NCBI GenBank assembly: GCA_040218735.1
Contig: JAVJQW010000038.1
Location: 224,001 to 288,000, forward strand
Length of the DNA: 64,000 bases
From: Deltaproteobacteria bacterium
GTDB lineage: Bacteria; Myxococcota; Kuafuiibacteriia; Kuafuiibacteriales; Kuafuiibacteriaceae
Direction: 5' to 3'
The translations under genes and the position numbers were made by a program. Position 1 is the stretch's first letter. Each line of letters starts with the position of its first letter. Below are positions 49,901 through 58,049 of this stretch, one piece after another. Below the pieces are notes generated by a model. The model was given only the letters and a program-made list of their open reading frames with translations, had not been told where the DNA came from and ran no database searches.

Positions 49901-50828
49901 TCTCGCGTCCGATCGGGCGCTGTTTGGGATCCGTACGCAACAGATCTGCCGCGAGCTGCACGAGGTCGCGCGGGAGCTCACTCTGCAGCTCACTCGCGAG
50001 CGGCGGCTCGCGTTGCTGTTTGTCGTAGACGACCTGGTAGAGCGTCCCGGTGAAGGGGAGGCGCCCGGTGAGCGCGCGGAACAGCATGACCCCGACGCTG
50101 TACCAGTCGCCGGCCTTCGAGCTCGGCGCGCCGCCCGCTTGCTCCGGCGGCATGTACGCGACGGTGCCGACCATCGACTCCATGCGGCTCTTGTCGAGCG
50201 AGTCCTCGTCGATGTCGGTCGCGAGCCCGAAGTCCAAGATGACCACGCGCTCCTGCGCGATCATCACGTTGGAGGGTTTGAGATCGCGGTGCAGCTTGCC
50301 GGCGTCGTGGAGCGCGACGAGGCCCTCGGCGAGGCGCGTCAGCGCGTGGCGCAGGCGGTCGATGTGGAGCGGCGGTGGCTCCTGGCCGAGGAGCGCCTGG
50401 GTCGAGTCGTCGACGGTGATGTCGGCGGGGTCGATCGTGATGTCGAGCGACTTCGTCTTGGACGCGGCGTCGACGAGCGCCGCGGTCGGTGCGGTCTTCG
50501 GATCGACGGCGTCGGAGCCGGGGCGCACGTACTCCAGGAACCCGACGCCCTCGACGAGCTCCATCGTGTAGAACCACGTGTCGCCCTCGGACACGAGCTC
50601 GTGCAGGGTGACGAGGTTCGGGTGGCTGACGTCGGCGAGCGCGCGGAACTCGCGCTTGAAGCGGTAGATCGCGCCGGGGCTCAGGCGGAGCAACGTCTTG
50701 AGTGCGACGGTCGCGGCGCGTTTGCGATCGTAGACTTCGTAGACGACGCCCATGCCGCCTTCGCCGATGCGGCGCTGAACGCGGTACCGGTCGGTGCCCG
50801 CGAACTCGTGCGGCTTGAGGTCGGCCAC
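46965..50828 (-). CDS. Ser/Thr protein kinase - AAA ATPase - helical repeat protein
   Basis: GEGGMGVVY, HRDLKPSN, DFG, GTVAYMPPEQ; Walker A GAAGIGKT; Walker B LFLDDLH; GSPLFIFEL. Confidence 0.92.
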   Translation of the reverse strand: MADLKPHEFAGTDRYRVQRRIGEGGMGVVYEVYDRKRAATVALKTLLRLSPGAIYRFKREFRALADVSHPNLVTLHELVSEGDTWFYTMELVEGVGFLEYVRPGSDAVDPKTAPTAALVDAASKTKSLDITIDPADITVDDSTQALLGQEPPPLHIDRLRHALTRLAEGLVALHDAGKLHRDLKPSNVMIAQERVVILDFGLATDIDEDSLDKSRMESMVGTVAYMPPEQAGGAPSSKAGDWYSVGVMLFRALTGRLPFTGTLYQVVYDKQQREPPLASELQSELPRDLVQLAADLLRTDPKQRPIGREILERLGGRVPHLATPAYARPALDPGPRLVGRERHAEALENAFARLESGRPVVLHVSGAAGIGKTTLVRSFLEDLRDRGRAHVFAGRCYEHELVPFKALDSLVDGISRALRRRSDDEVKALLPEGIGALARVFPVLNRVDVIHGISSQQATAPDPMELRTRAFAAFRGLLAALTKERPVVLFLDDLHFGDTDSAELLMDLLRPPAAPPLMLVAAYRTDDRDANRLLRVLRAPTDEAFEVDELRVGPLEDDAALALARAMLSEPDAPPRADDAAAVRATVPALPADELEKRARTIASESRGSPLFIFELARHAHAERASEVKEPSVKPRLTLDEAVHKRVAGLPREARRLLEVLAVAGRPLPRDVANRAAGLDPRDYAAPALLITQHLARTRPTAAGDEIECYHDRIRLSVRERLPADELKNKHLAIARAYGVEEEVDPTFVVEHLVQSGQNDEAAHAARRAANRSYDALAFDQAAALSSKAIELSSNDKSRYELFKEHAKALETAGRADAADAYLETAAEAPSKTHALEMKRRAAEQFLRFGKVIEGMRVLDEVLSAYEMVLPDSPQRAVTETRVHRARLKKRGLAFEERPRSKLDRDTLLQADACWSACVGLAMIDPLTAGIFTTRYLYLSLEAGDPNRIARALAWELALLTSDGKPREERTREVVGLLDELAERIDAPYVRGFAALGRVLASNHESRWQETLEAAREAVEILSSQCTGVDWELTTAMAFGIWARGYLGQVEGLDAVLEETLHDARTRHNVYASTILRMSGNANVVLLMADQPAFAKRELETARSEAVRAGFFLHHWWALASLVQIDMYTGQGRRAWRRVSKTWKPLRASNILRVKVIRCEALFLRARAALSAVATTDDHRPLLSAARQDADRLEKEGIPWTIAAALMIRGQANRGIGLAAEAAELFEQAAEGFDAAGMRAHAAVCRLRRGQSLGRSSGHTLVEDADRALRQMGVKNPPRYAALLCPG

Positions 50829-50835
50829 GGCGTGT

Positions 50836-53082
50836 TCAGTCGTCGCCGGCGTAGCGTGCCTTCAGCAGGTAGGCGGCACACTCCGCGGTGCACGGCTTGG
50901 CGTAGCCGAAGCGCGACTCCATGACCTCGATGGTACGTTCGGCGGCCTTGCGCGTCTCGTCGCGGACGTTTTTGTCGTTCTCGTCCACCAGCAGGTCGAG
51001 GAGCGCACGGAGGTTCTTCGCGATGACCTTCCGCTGCTTCGCGAAGTAGTCGGACTCCATCTTGTCGATGTAACCGGCGAACAGCTCGCGGTAGTTCGGC
51101 TTGTCGCCCTGGTGATCGAGGCTCCACGCGCCGATGCGGTTGATGATCGAGTGGCGGAAGTCGTCGCGGCTCTCCCCCTCGGCGAGGATCAACGACTCGA
51201 CCTCGGACATCAGCTCGGTGTCCGGGTCGACGTACTTGCCGGTGATCTTGTCGAGGAGCTTCTCCTTCTTCACGAAGTGCGAGACGTGGACGATGTACTT
51301 GGTGAACAGCTCCTCGTACTTCGCTTCTTCGACGAGGCCCATGCTCGTCCGAACCTCGTCGTCGAGGAGATCCAGCCACCAGTCGTGCACCGCGTGGATG
51401 AAGTGGGCGTTCTCGTGGAAGCCGTGCCGCGGCTCCTGCTTGAGGAAGTCGTACAGCGACGGGTCGCTCACCAGCTCGCGTAGCTCGTCGAACACCGGGA
51501 GCGGGCTGAGGCAGCGGTACTCGGGGCGGTGCGCGGCGTTGAGGATCAGCGTGCGGATCTCACGCGCAGAGGCGCCGAGCTGACCTTCGTAGCGCGCGAC
51601 GTTCTTGTACTCGTCCTCGATCGTCGACACCGCGCGCAGCAACTCGCGAGCTTCGTTGGCGCTGCACCACGACGGGACGGTGGCGTCGTCGTAGAGCCGC
51701 AGCTTCTCGATCGGCGAGAGGCGCTTCATCGTCTCCTGGATCTTGTCGTCGTAGTGCTCCGGGTTCGGCCACTTGAGGCGCGTGAGCACCGCCCACATCG
51801 CGGCGACCTCCACGACGTGTGGCGCGAGCGGCTTCGCGATCGTGGCGTCGGTGATCTGCCGTTCGTAGATCTGGATCTCGTCGGAGTAGCGACGCAGGTA
51901 CGGCACGCGCACCAGCTCGATGCGGCCCTTGAAGCTGTTCCAGTCCGGGTGCTGCTTGAACGCCGCGAGCTGGTCTTCGTTGCTCGACGCCACGAGCAGC
52001 TCGTCGAGCAGGATCTTGAAGTGGGGGAGGGAGGCGGTCGCTTCCTCGCTCGTGGAGAGGAGGTACTTGAACGCTTCGACCGGTCTCTTCAGTAGATCGG
52101 CGAACTCCAACATCCCGCGGTTGGCGTTCACGAGCGGACCGCCGATCTCGAACAGCGGCACCGACTGGAGCGCACGCGGCAGGTTCGCGATGGAGCGGTC
52201 GGCGGTGAGCTGACGTGCGTCGGCGTCGACGTGCATCTGCGGCTCGACCGTCGCGACGCCCTTGCCGTAGGACACCGACACGTAGAAGCGCTCCACCTGC
52301 ACGTGTTTCAGCACCTTGGCGTGGTCGCCGTCGTTCGCCATGAGGAGCGCGTCGTAGATCGCGCGGTCGCGGGGCGAGAGGTCGCCCTGCAGGATGTACT
52401 TCGAGATCACGAAGTCATCGGGGAGGCGGCCCTCCTCGCGGAGCTTGGCGATCAGCTTCGCGCGCTGCGGCTTGGGGAGGAAGAAGATCGGGTGGTCGCG
52501 CAGCTCGCAGGGGAGGCGCGCGTCGATCTGGTCGGAGCCGAGGTGGGCGTAGCTGCTGCTGACGTCGGCGCGGTCGTCGCGCGAGGCGCCGAAGCCGAGC
52601 GTGGTCTTCTCGATCTTCTCGGAGGGGAAGATCCACGCGTACGAGTACAGCGCGCCCTCGGAAGTATGGGAGTAGTGCTCCATCGCCGACTGCACGCAGT
52701 GGATGATCGAGCTCTTCGCGGAGCCGTTCGGGCCGTGCAGGAGGATGAGGCGGGAGACCTTGCCGTCGCGGACGAAGTTCGTGACGAGCCGGTAGATCTC
52801 CTGCTGCACCGGCTCTTGGCCGGCGACCCGGCCGTCGCCGTCCGCCCAGGGCGCGTCGAACAGGTTGTAGCGCGTGACCTTGCCGCGGGGGAGGGCGCGC
52901 TCCGTCGCTCCGTAGTGGTGGAAGACGTCGCGGACGTACTGCATCGCCCCGCGGAGGTTGGCTGCGGGTTTTTCGAGCAGCAGCTCGAGCCACTCGCCGT
53001 AGCCGAGGATGGTGCGGTCTTCGTCGAACGTGTGTTTGACGTCCGACGAGAGCTGCTTCAGCACATCGCGCGCTTCAGTCAC
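50836..53082 (-). CDS. prkA: PrkA family AAA+ serine protein kinase/ATPase
   Basis: LLHGPNGSAKS, GPLVNANRGMLEFADLLKRP, SSNE, VRVPY, GASAREIR, FGYAKPC. Start uncertain. Confidence 0.88.
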   Translation of the reverse strand: MTEARDVLKQLSSDVKHTFDEDRTILGYGEWLELLLEKPAANLRGAMQYVRDVFHHYGATERALPRGKVTRYNLFDAPWADGDGRVAGQEPVQQEIYRLVTNFVRDGKVSRLILLHGPNGSAKSSIIHCVQSAMEHYSHTSEGALYSYAWIFPSEKIEKTTLGFGASRDDRADVSSSYAHLGSDQIDARLPCELRDHPIFFLPKPQRAKLIAKLREEGRLPDDFVISKYILQGDLSPRDRAIYDALLMANDGDHAKVLKHVQVERFYVSVSYGKGVATVEPQMHVDADARQLTADRSIANLPRALQSVPLFEIGGPLVNANRGMLEFADLLKRPVEAFKYLLSTSEEATASLPHFKILLDELLVASSNEDQLAAFKQHPDWNSFKGRIELVRVPYLRRYSDEIQIYERQITDATIAKPLAPHVVEVAAMWAVLTRLKWPNPEHYDDKIQETMKRLSPIEKLRLYDDATVPSWCSANEARELLRAVSTIEDEYKNVARYEGQLGASAREIRTLILNAAHRPEYRCLSPLPVFDELRELVSDPSLYDFLKQEPRHGFHENAHFIHAVHDWWLDLLDDEVRTSMGLVEEAKYEELFTKYIVHVSHFVKKEKLLDKITGKYVDPDTELMSEVESLILAEGESRDDFRHSIINRIGAWSLDHQGDKPNYRELFAGYIDKMESDYFAKQRKVIAKNLRALLDLLVDENDKNVRDETRKAAERTIEVMESRFGYAKPCTAECAAYLLKARYAGDD

Positions 53083-53129
53083 ACCGCGAGGTTTAACATC
53101 GACCCGACGACGGCGCGACGCGCGCGCGG

Positions 53130-53426
53130 TCAAGGTTGCCGGGCGATGCCCACGACCACGGCGATGACGAAGAACCCGACGCAGGCGAGGACGGTCCACA
53201 GGGCGCCCTTTTCGGGTTTGGTCGCGGCGATGAAGTCGCCGGCGCGTTTGCGGTCGGCCTCCGAGAGGGACGTGTCGGCCTGTTTTTCGCCGAGCGCGGC
53301 GCGGGCGGCCGGGTAGTCGCCGCCGGCGAAGAGGTCGATCGCCCGGCTGAGCGGGTCGGGGCCGCCGTCCGTCCGCTTCTGCTGCGGGAGGTCTTTGCCC
53401 TTCTTCTTCTTCTTCGACTTCGCCAT
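53130..53426 (-). CDS. small membrane protein
   Basis: Lys-rich N-terminus and C-terminal TM helix. Confidence 0.7.
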   Translation of the reverse strand: MAKSKKKKKGKDLPQQKRTDGGPDPLSRAIDLFAGGDYPAARAALGEKQADTSLSEADRKRAGDFIAATKPEKGALWTVLACVGFFVIAVVVGIARQP

Positions 53427-53497
53427 GGCCTACGCCCCTACTCCACCTACTGAACGCAGATCCAGCGCTAAGTGTGCGATCTAAAACGGCGGAAGCC

Positions 53498-53526
53498 TTG
53501 ACGGTCTTCCCGGGACCCCCTACTTT
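53498..53526 (+). promoter_or_regulatory. sigma70 promoter of the dcw cluster
   Basis: TTGACG-N17-TACTTT upstream of mraZ. Confidence 0.75.
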
Positions 53527-53532
53527 CCCTCT

Positions 53533-53580
53533 TGGTGGTGGAAAGTGGTGCGAAGTGGCTCGTATGAGCCGCGAAGTGGA
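53533..53580 (+). promoter_or_regulatory. MraZ-binding direct repeats
   Basis: GTGG at 53535, 53545 and 53555 (10-bp period) and at 53576, directly upstream of mraZ. Confidence 0.8.
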
Positions 53581-53612
53581 TCATCTTTCCTAATTTTCTC
53601 CAAGGCGAGTCC

Positions 53613-54062
53613 ATGTTCCGCGGTCGCTACGAACACAACGTCGATGCGAAGGGTCGCCTCGCGTTGCCGTCGAGTTACCGGCGTCTCCTCGCGGACGCCG
53701 GCGCGGACCACCTCGTCGTCACCACGCACATCTCGGATCCGTGTCTCGTCGCGTACCCGCCCGACGAGTGGGCGGCGTTCGAGAAGCAGCTCGCGAAGCG
53801 GCCGCAGTTCAACGAAGGCGTGATGCTGATGCGCCGGCTCTACGTCGGCAACGCGCACGACTGCGGCATCGACAAGCAGGGGCGGATCCTTCTGCCGCCG
53901 ACGCACCGCGCGTACGCGAAGCTCGAGAAGGGCGCGTGCTGGGTCGGCGGGATCCGCACGCTCGAGATCTGGGCGGCCGACGCCTGGCAGGACGACGTCG
54001 AAGGTCAGCGCAACAAGGTCGGTCCGCAGATCTTGTCGCAGCTGTCGGAGCTCGGAATCTGA
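53613..54062 (+). CDS. mraZ: transcriptional regulator MraZ
   Basis: MFRGRYEHNVDAKGRLALP and DKQGRILLP. Confidence 0.97.
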   Translation: MFRGRYEHNVDAKGRLALPSSYRRLLADAGADHLVVTTHISDPCLVAYPPDEWAAFEKQLAKRPQFNEGVMLMRRLYVGNAHDCGIDKQGRILLPPTHRAYAKLEKGACWVGGIRTLEIWAADAWQDDVEGQRNKVGPQILSQLSELGI

Positions 54063-55015
54063 TGGCCATCCACGCGTCCGTCCTCCTGCAGGAAGTCGTC
54101 TCCGGCATCGCGCCGAAGTCCGGCGGCGTCTACCTCGACGCGACGTGCGGGCTCGGCGGTCACACCGAAGCGATCCTCGAAGCGTGCAACCCGGACGGTC
54201 GTGTGCTCGCCGTCGATCGTGATCCGCAGGCGATCGAGATGGCGAGCGGTCGCCTCGCGCGCTTCGGTTCGCGCGTCGAGATCGTCGAGGGCGACTTCTC
54301 GGACCTGCGCGTCTACGCGGAGGCGAGTGATTCGTTCCCGGCGGACGGCGTCGTCGCGGATCTCGGGGTCTCGTCGTTGCAGCTCGATGACGCCGCGCGC
54401 GGCTTCTCGTTCATGCGCGAGGGGCCGCTCGACATGCGCATGGGCCCGGGCGTCGGACAGACCGCGGCGGAGATGCTCGAAGAGTTCGATTGGCGGAGCC
54501 TCATGGAGGTCCTCAAGAAGTTCGGCGAGGTGCAGCGCCCGCGACAGGTCGCCGAGGCGATCATCAACGCGCGCGACGCCGGAAAGCTCGCGACGACCGC
54601 GGACCTCGCGCAGGTGGTCGAGAAGGCGATCGGCGGGCGCAAGACGACGCCGATCCACCCCGCGACGCGCGCTTTCCAGGCGATTCGCATCGCGGTGAAC
54701 CGCGAGCTCGACGAGCTGGATCGCCTCCTCGACGAGCTGCCGAACCTGGTGCGCCCGGGCGGGCGCGTCGCGATCATCGCGTTCCATTCATTGGAAGACC
54801 GGCTGGTGAAGTACGCGTTCTCGGATCCGGAGCCCGAGCCTCAGCCGCACCGTCTCCCGGTGGAGCCCAAGCGGGTGAAGGGCCCGTGGGAGGCGTTGAC
54901 GAAGAAACCGATCACCCCGTCGGCGGCGGAGCTCGCGGACAACCCGCGGGCGCGGAGCGCAAAGCTGCGCGTCGCGCGCCGGCGGACGGAAGAAGAGATG
55001 GAGGTCGAAGCGTGA
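54062..55015 (+). CDS. rsmH: 16S rRNA m4C1402 methyltransferase
   Basis: HASVLLQE, DATCGLGGH, DLGVSSLQLD, HPATRAFQAIRIAVN, FHSLEDR, NPRARSAKLR. Confidence 0.97.
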   Translation: MAIHASVLLQEVVSGIAPKSGGVYLDATCGLGGHTEAILEACNPDGRVLAVDRDPQAIEMASGRLARFGSRVEIVEGDFSDLRVYAEASDSFPADGVVADLGVSSLQLDDAARGFSFMREGPLDMRMGPGVGQTAAEMLEEFDWRSLMEVLKKFGEVQRPRQVAEAIINARDAGKLATTADLAQVVEKAIGGRKTTPIHPATRAFQAIRIAVNRELDELDRLLDELPNLVRPGGRVAIIAFHSLEDRLVKYAFSDPEPEPQPHRLPVEPKRVKGPWEALTKKPITPSAAELADNPRARSAKLRVARRRTEEEMEVEA

Positions 55016-55359
55016 AGAAGAAGAACCGTGGCCTCCGTGGCTTCACAAACGACGTGCTCGGCCTCTCCGCGCTCGGCCCGGTGGGCCGCGCCATCCTCAT
55101 CGCCATCCCGGTGACGGCGGCGGCGCTGTTCTACGTGTGGACGCACATCGAGTCGGTGCGGCTCGGCTACGAGCTGTCGGACGCGGCCGAAGCCCACGAA
55201 GTGCTGTTCGAGCGGAACAAGTCGCTCAAGGTCGACGTCGCCGCGCACAAGGCGCCGCAGCGCTTGGAGCGCATGGGTAAGAAGTACGGGCTGCGCCCGC
55301 CGCGCCCGGAGCAGATCATTCGGGTCGACGGTGACGACTCGGCGGGGGCGCGGCCGTGA
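55012..55359 (+). CDS. ftsL: cell division protein FtsL
   Basis: Position between rsmH and ftsI; TM plus coiled coil (LGYELS...PQRLE...L.PP.PEQII). Confidence 0.85.
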   Translation: MKKKNRGLRGFTNDVLGLSALGPVGRAILIAIPVTAAALFYVWTHIESVRLGYELSDAAEAHEVLFERNKSLKVDVAAHKAPQRLERMGKKYGLRPPRPEQIIRVDGDDSAGARP

Positions 55360-58049
55360 GGAAGAAGAAGGCGCAGAGCCCCGACACGCTGTCGAGGCGC
55401 CTCGGCTCGCCGTCGACGATTCGTCGCGCGCGCCAGCAGGCGAAGAAAGGCCGCGGGCGCCCCGCGAAGACCGCACGGTCACGCGCGGACGATGCGAAGC
55501 CGGCGAAGAAGAAGTCCGCGGAGAAGACGGCGCTCTTCGGACGCAAGAAGGCCGCGGAGCCGCGCGGCGCGACGGCGCGCAAGAAGACGTCGGGCGACAA
55601 GACCGGACTGTTCGGCCGCAAGAAGGCCGGCGCCAAGACCGCGACGGTCGCGCGCAAGAAGACGGGTGCCAAGGCTGGGTGGTTCGGCCGAAAGAACGCG
55701 TCGGCGGACCAGGCGGGCCGCGGGGCGACGAAGTCGCGCGTCACGACGGGGCGCGGCGGCAAGGCCGCGCGCGCGGGGTGGTTCGGTCGCGCGAAGAAGG
55801 CCGGGGCAGGGTGGCTCGGCGGTCGTTCGTCGACCGGTCGCCGCGGTGCGTCCGGGCCGGGCTGGTTCGCCCGGCGCACGGCTGAGAAGAAGAAGCGTCG
55901 CGCACAGCCGGAGCCGATGACCTCGCACCACGCGCGTCAGGAGAACGCGGTGCCGGGGCGTTGGCGCATCCGCGGCATCCTCGCGATCTTCGCGCTGGGC
56001 GCGTGTGTCCTCGTCGGTCGCGCGGCGCAGCTGCAGCTCGTCGAGGGTGACAAGTATGGGGACATCTCGAACGGTCAGGCGGATCGTTCGTTCTCCATCC
56101 CCGGCAAGCGCGGCGTGATCACCGACCGTCACGGTCGCGAGCTCGCGATCACCGTCGACGTCGACTCCGTCGTCGCGAACCCGCGCATGGTCGACGCGTC
56201 CGCGGTCGCGTCGAAGCTCGCGCCGATCCTGTCGCGTTCGAAGGCGTCGCTCGAGAAGAAGCTCTCGTCGAAGAAGTACTTCACGTACCTGTCGCGTCGC
56301 GTCGACGCCGCGACCTCGAAGCGCGTGCGCGACGCGAAGCTCCGCGGCGTCTGGACGCAGCCGGAGCCGAAGCGCTTCTACGCGAACGTCGGGCTCGCTT
56401 CGCACATCCTCGGGTTCACGAACCTCGACGGCGCCGGCAAGGCGGGCGTGGAGATGGTGCTCGACGAGCACCTGCGCGGGCAGAGCTGGGTGCACCCCGG
56501 CATGCGCGACGCGCTGGGCAACAAGGTCTACTCGGAGGGCTTCCGCCCGCACGCGGAGCTCGAGGGCGCCGACGTGACGCTCACGATCGATCGCCAGATC
56601 CAGTACGCGGCGGAGACGGCGGTCGAGGCGGCGGCGACGAAGTACAAGGCCAAGAGCGCCGTCGCGGTCGTGATGCAACCGCAGACCGGTGAGGTGTTGG
56701 CGCTCGCGAGCTACCCGACGTTCAACCCGAACAACCTCAACGGCACGACGCCGCGCGACCGCACCAACCGTGCGGTGTCCGCGATCTACGAGCCGGGCTC
56801 GACGCTGAAGATGATCACGATCTCCGCGGCGATCGACGAGGGGCTCCTCGATCGCGACGCGACGATCTACTGCGAGGACGGCGCGTGGCGCGTCGGCGGG
56901 CGCACGATTCACGACTCGAACCACAAGTACGGCAACCTCACGGTCACCGAGATCATGAAGCTGTCGTCGAACATCTGCTCGGCGAAGATCGGCTTCCTCC
57001 TCGAGCGCCAGCGCCTGCACGACTGGCTGTTCCGCTTCGGCTTCGGCGAGAAGACCGGCATCGAGCTCCCGGGTGAGCTCCGCGGGCTGATTCGCCCCGC
57101 GAACAAGTGGCGCGACATCGCGCTCGCGAACATCGCGTTCGGGCAGGGCATCGCGGTGACGCCGCTGCAGATCGTCCAGGCCGCGTCGACGATCGCAAAC
57201 GACGGCGTGATGGTGCGGCCGCGCATCGTGAAGCGCATCGTCGACAAGGCGGGGACGTCGGTCGCGCTGGATCCGGCCGAGACGCGTCGGGTGCTGAAGC
57301 CCGAGACCGCGCGCACCCTGCGCCAGATGATGGTCGAGGTGACCAAGGACGGCGGGACCGCGGTGACGGCGGCGGTGCCGGGGTTCGAGGTCGCGGGGAA
57401 GACGGGCACCGCGCAGAAGATCGACCCGGTGACGAAGGCGTACTCACACGAGCTGTACACGGCGAGCTTCGTCGGGCTCGTGCCGGCGGAGAAGCCGGAG
57501 GTCGCGATCTTGGTCCTGGTCGACGAGCCGAAGGGCTCGATCTACGGCGGCGTGGTCGCGGCGCCTGCGTTCGTGCAGATCGCGGCGGCGGCGCTCGCGG
57601 CGCGGGACGTGTATCCGAAGGAGGCGGCGGACAAGGAGGCGTTCCTGGCGAGCTTCAAGGAGGCGCCGAAGGCCAAGTCCCCCGACTCGATCTCGACCTC
57701 CTCCGAGTCCGAAAAGTGGTTGGAATCCAATGAGATAGACGGGGTTCCAACCGAGGAGGCCGGTCTGGAGATCGCGTTGTCCGACCGGGCCCAGGCGCTG
57801 CTCGGCGTCGAGGCGCCGGCCGCGCCCGAGCCGGCTCCGGCCGGGGCGGGCCGGACGCCGAACTTCGTGGGTCTCTCAGTGATGGAAGTGCTAAACCGTT
57901 CCGCGGACGTACGTTGCGACCCGGTGGTGAACGGCACGGGCCGTGTGGTGAGGCAGAAGCCCGCCCGCGGTGCGCCGCTTCAGCCCGGATCCACGTGCGA
58001 GGTGTGGCTGCAGCCCGAAGGGGTGAAGCCAAAAGGGAGCGGAGCATGA
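55356..58049 (+). CDS. ftsI: penicillin-binding protein 3 / FtsI with PASTA domain and long basic N-terminal extension
   Basis: RGVITDRHG, EPGSTLK (SxxK), SSN, KTGT, C-terminal PNFVGLS PASTA. Confidence 0.93.
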   Translation: MRKKKAQSPDTLSRRLGSPSTIRRARQQAKKGRGRPAKTARSRADDAKPAKKKSAEKTALFGRKKAAEPRGATARKKTSGDKTGLFGRKKAGAKTATVARKKTGAKAGWFGRKNASADQAGRGATKSRVTTGRGGKAARAGWFGRAKKAGAGWLGGRSSTGRRGASGPGWFARRTAEKKKRRAQPEPMTSHHARQENAVPGRWRIRGILAIFALGACVLVGRAAQLQLVEGDKYGDISNGQADRSFSIPGKRGVITDRHGRELAITVDVDSVVANPRMVDASAVASKLAPILSRSKASLEKKLSSKKYFTYLSRRVDAATSKRVRDAKLRGVWTQPEPKRFYANVGLASHILGFTNLDGAGKAGVEMVLDEHLRGQSWVHPGMRDALGNKVYSEGFRPHAELEGADVTLTIDRQIQYAAETAVEAAATKYKAKSAVAVVMQPQTGEVLALASYPTFNPNNLNGTTPRDRTNRAVSAIYEPGSTLKMITISAAIDEGLLDRDATIYCEDGAWRVGGRTIHDSNHKYGNLTVTEIMKLSSNICSAKIGFLLERQRLHDWLFRFGFGEKTGIELPGELRGLIRPANKWRDIALANIAFGQGIAVTPLQIVQAASTIANDGVMVRPRIVKRIVDKAGTSVALDPAETRRVLKPETARTLRQMMVEVTKDGGTAVTAAVPGFEVAGKTGTAQKIDPVTKAYSHELYTASFVGLVPAEKPEVAILVLVDEPKGSIYGGVVAAPAFVQIAAAALAARDVYPKEAADKEAFLASFKEAPKAKSPDSISTSSESEKWLESNEIDGVPTEEAGLEIALSDRAQALLGVEAPAAPEPAPAGAGRTPNFVGLSVMEVLNRSADVRCDPVVNGTGRVVRQKPARGAPLQPGSTCEVWLQPEGVKPKGSGA

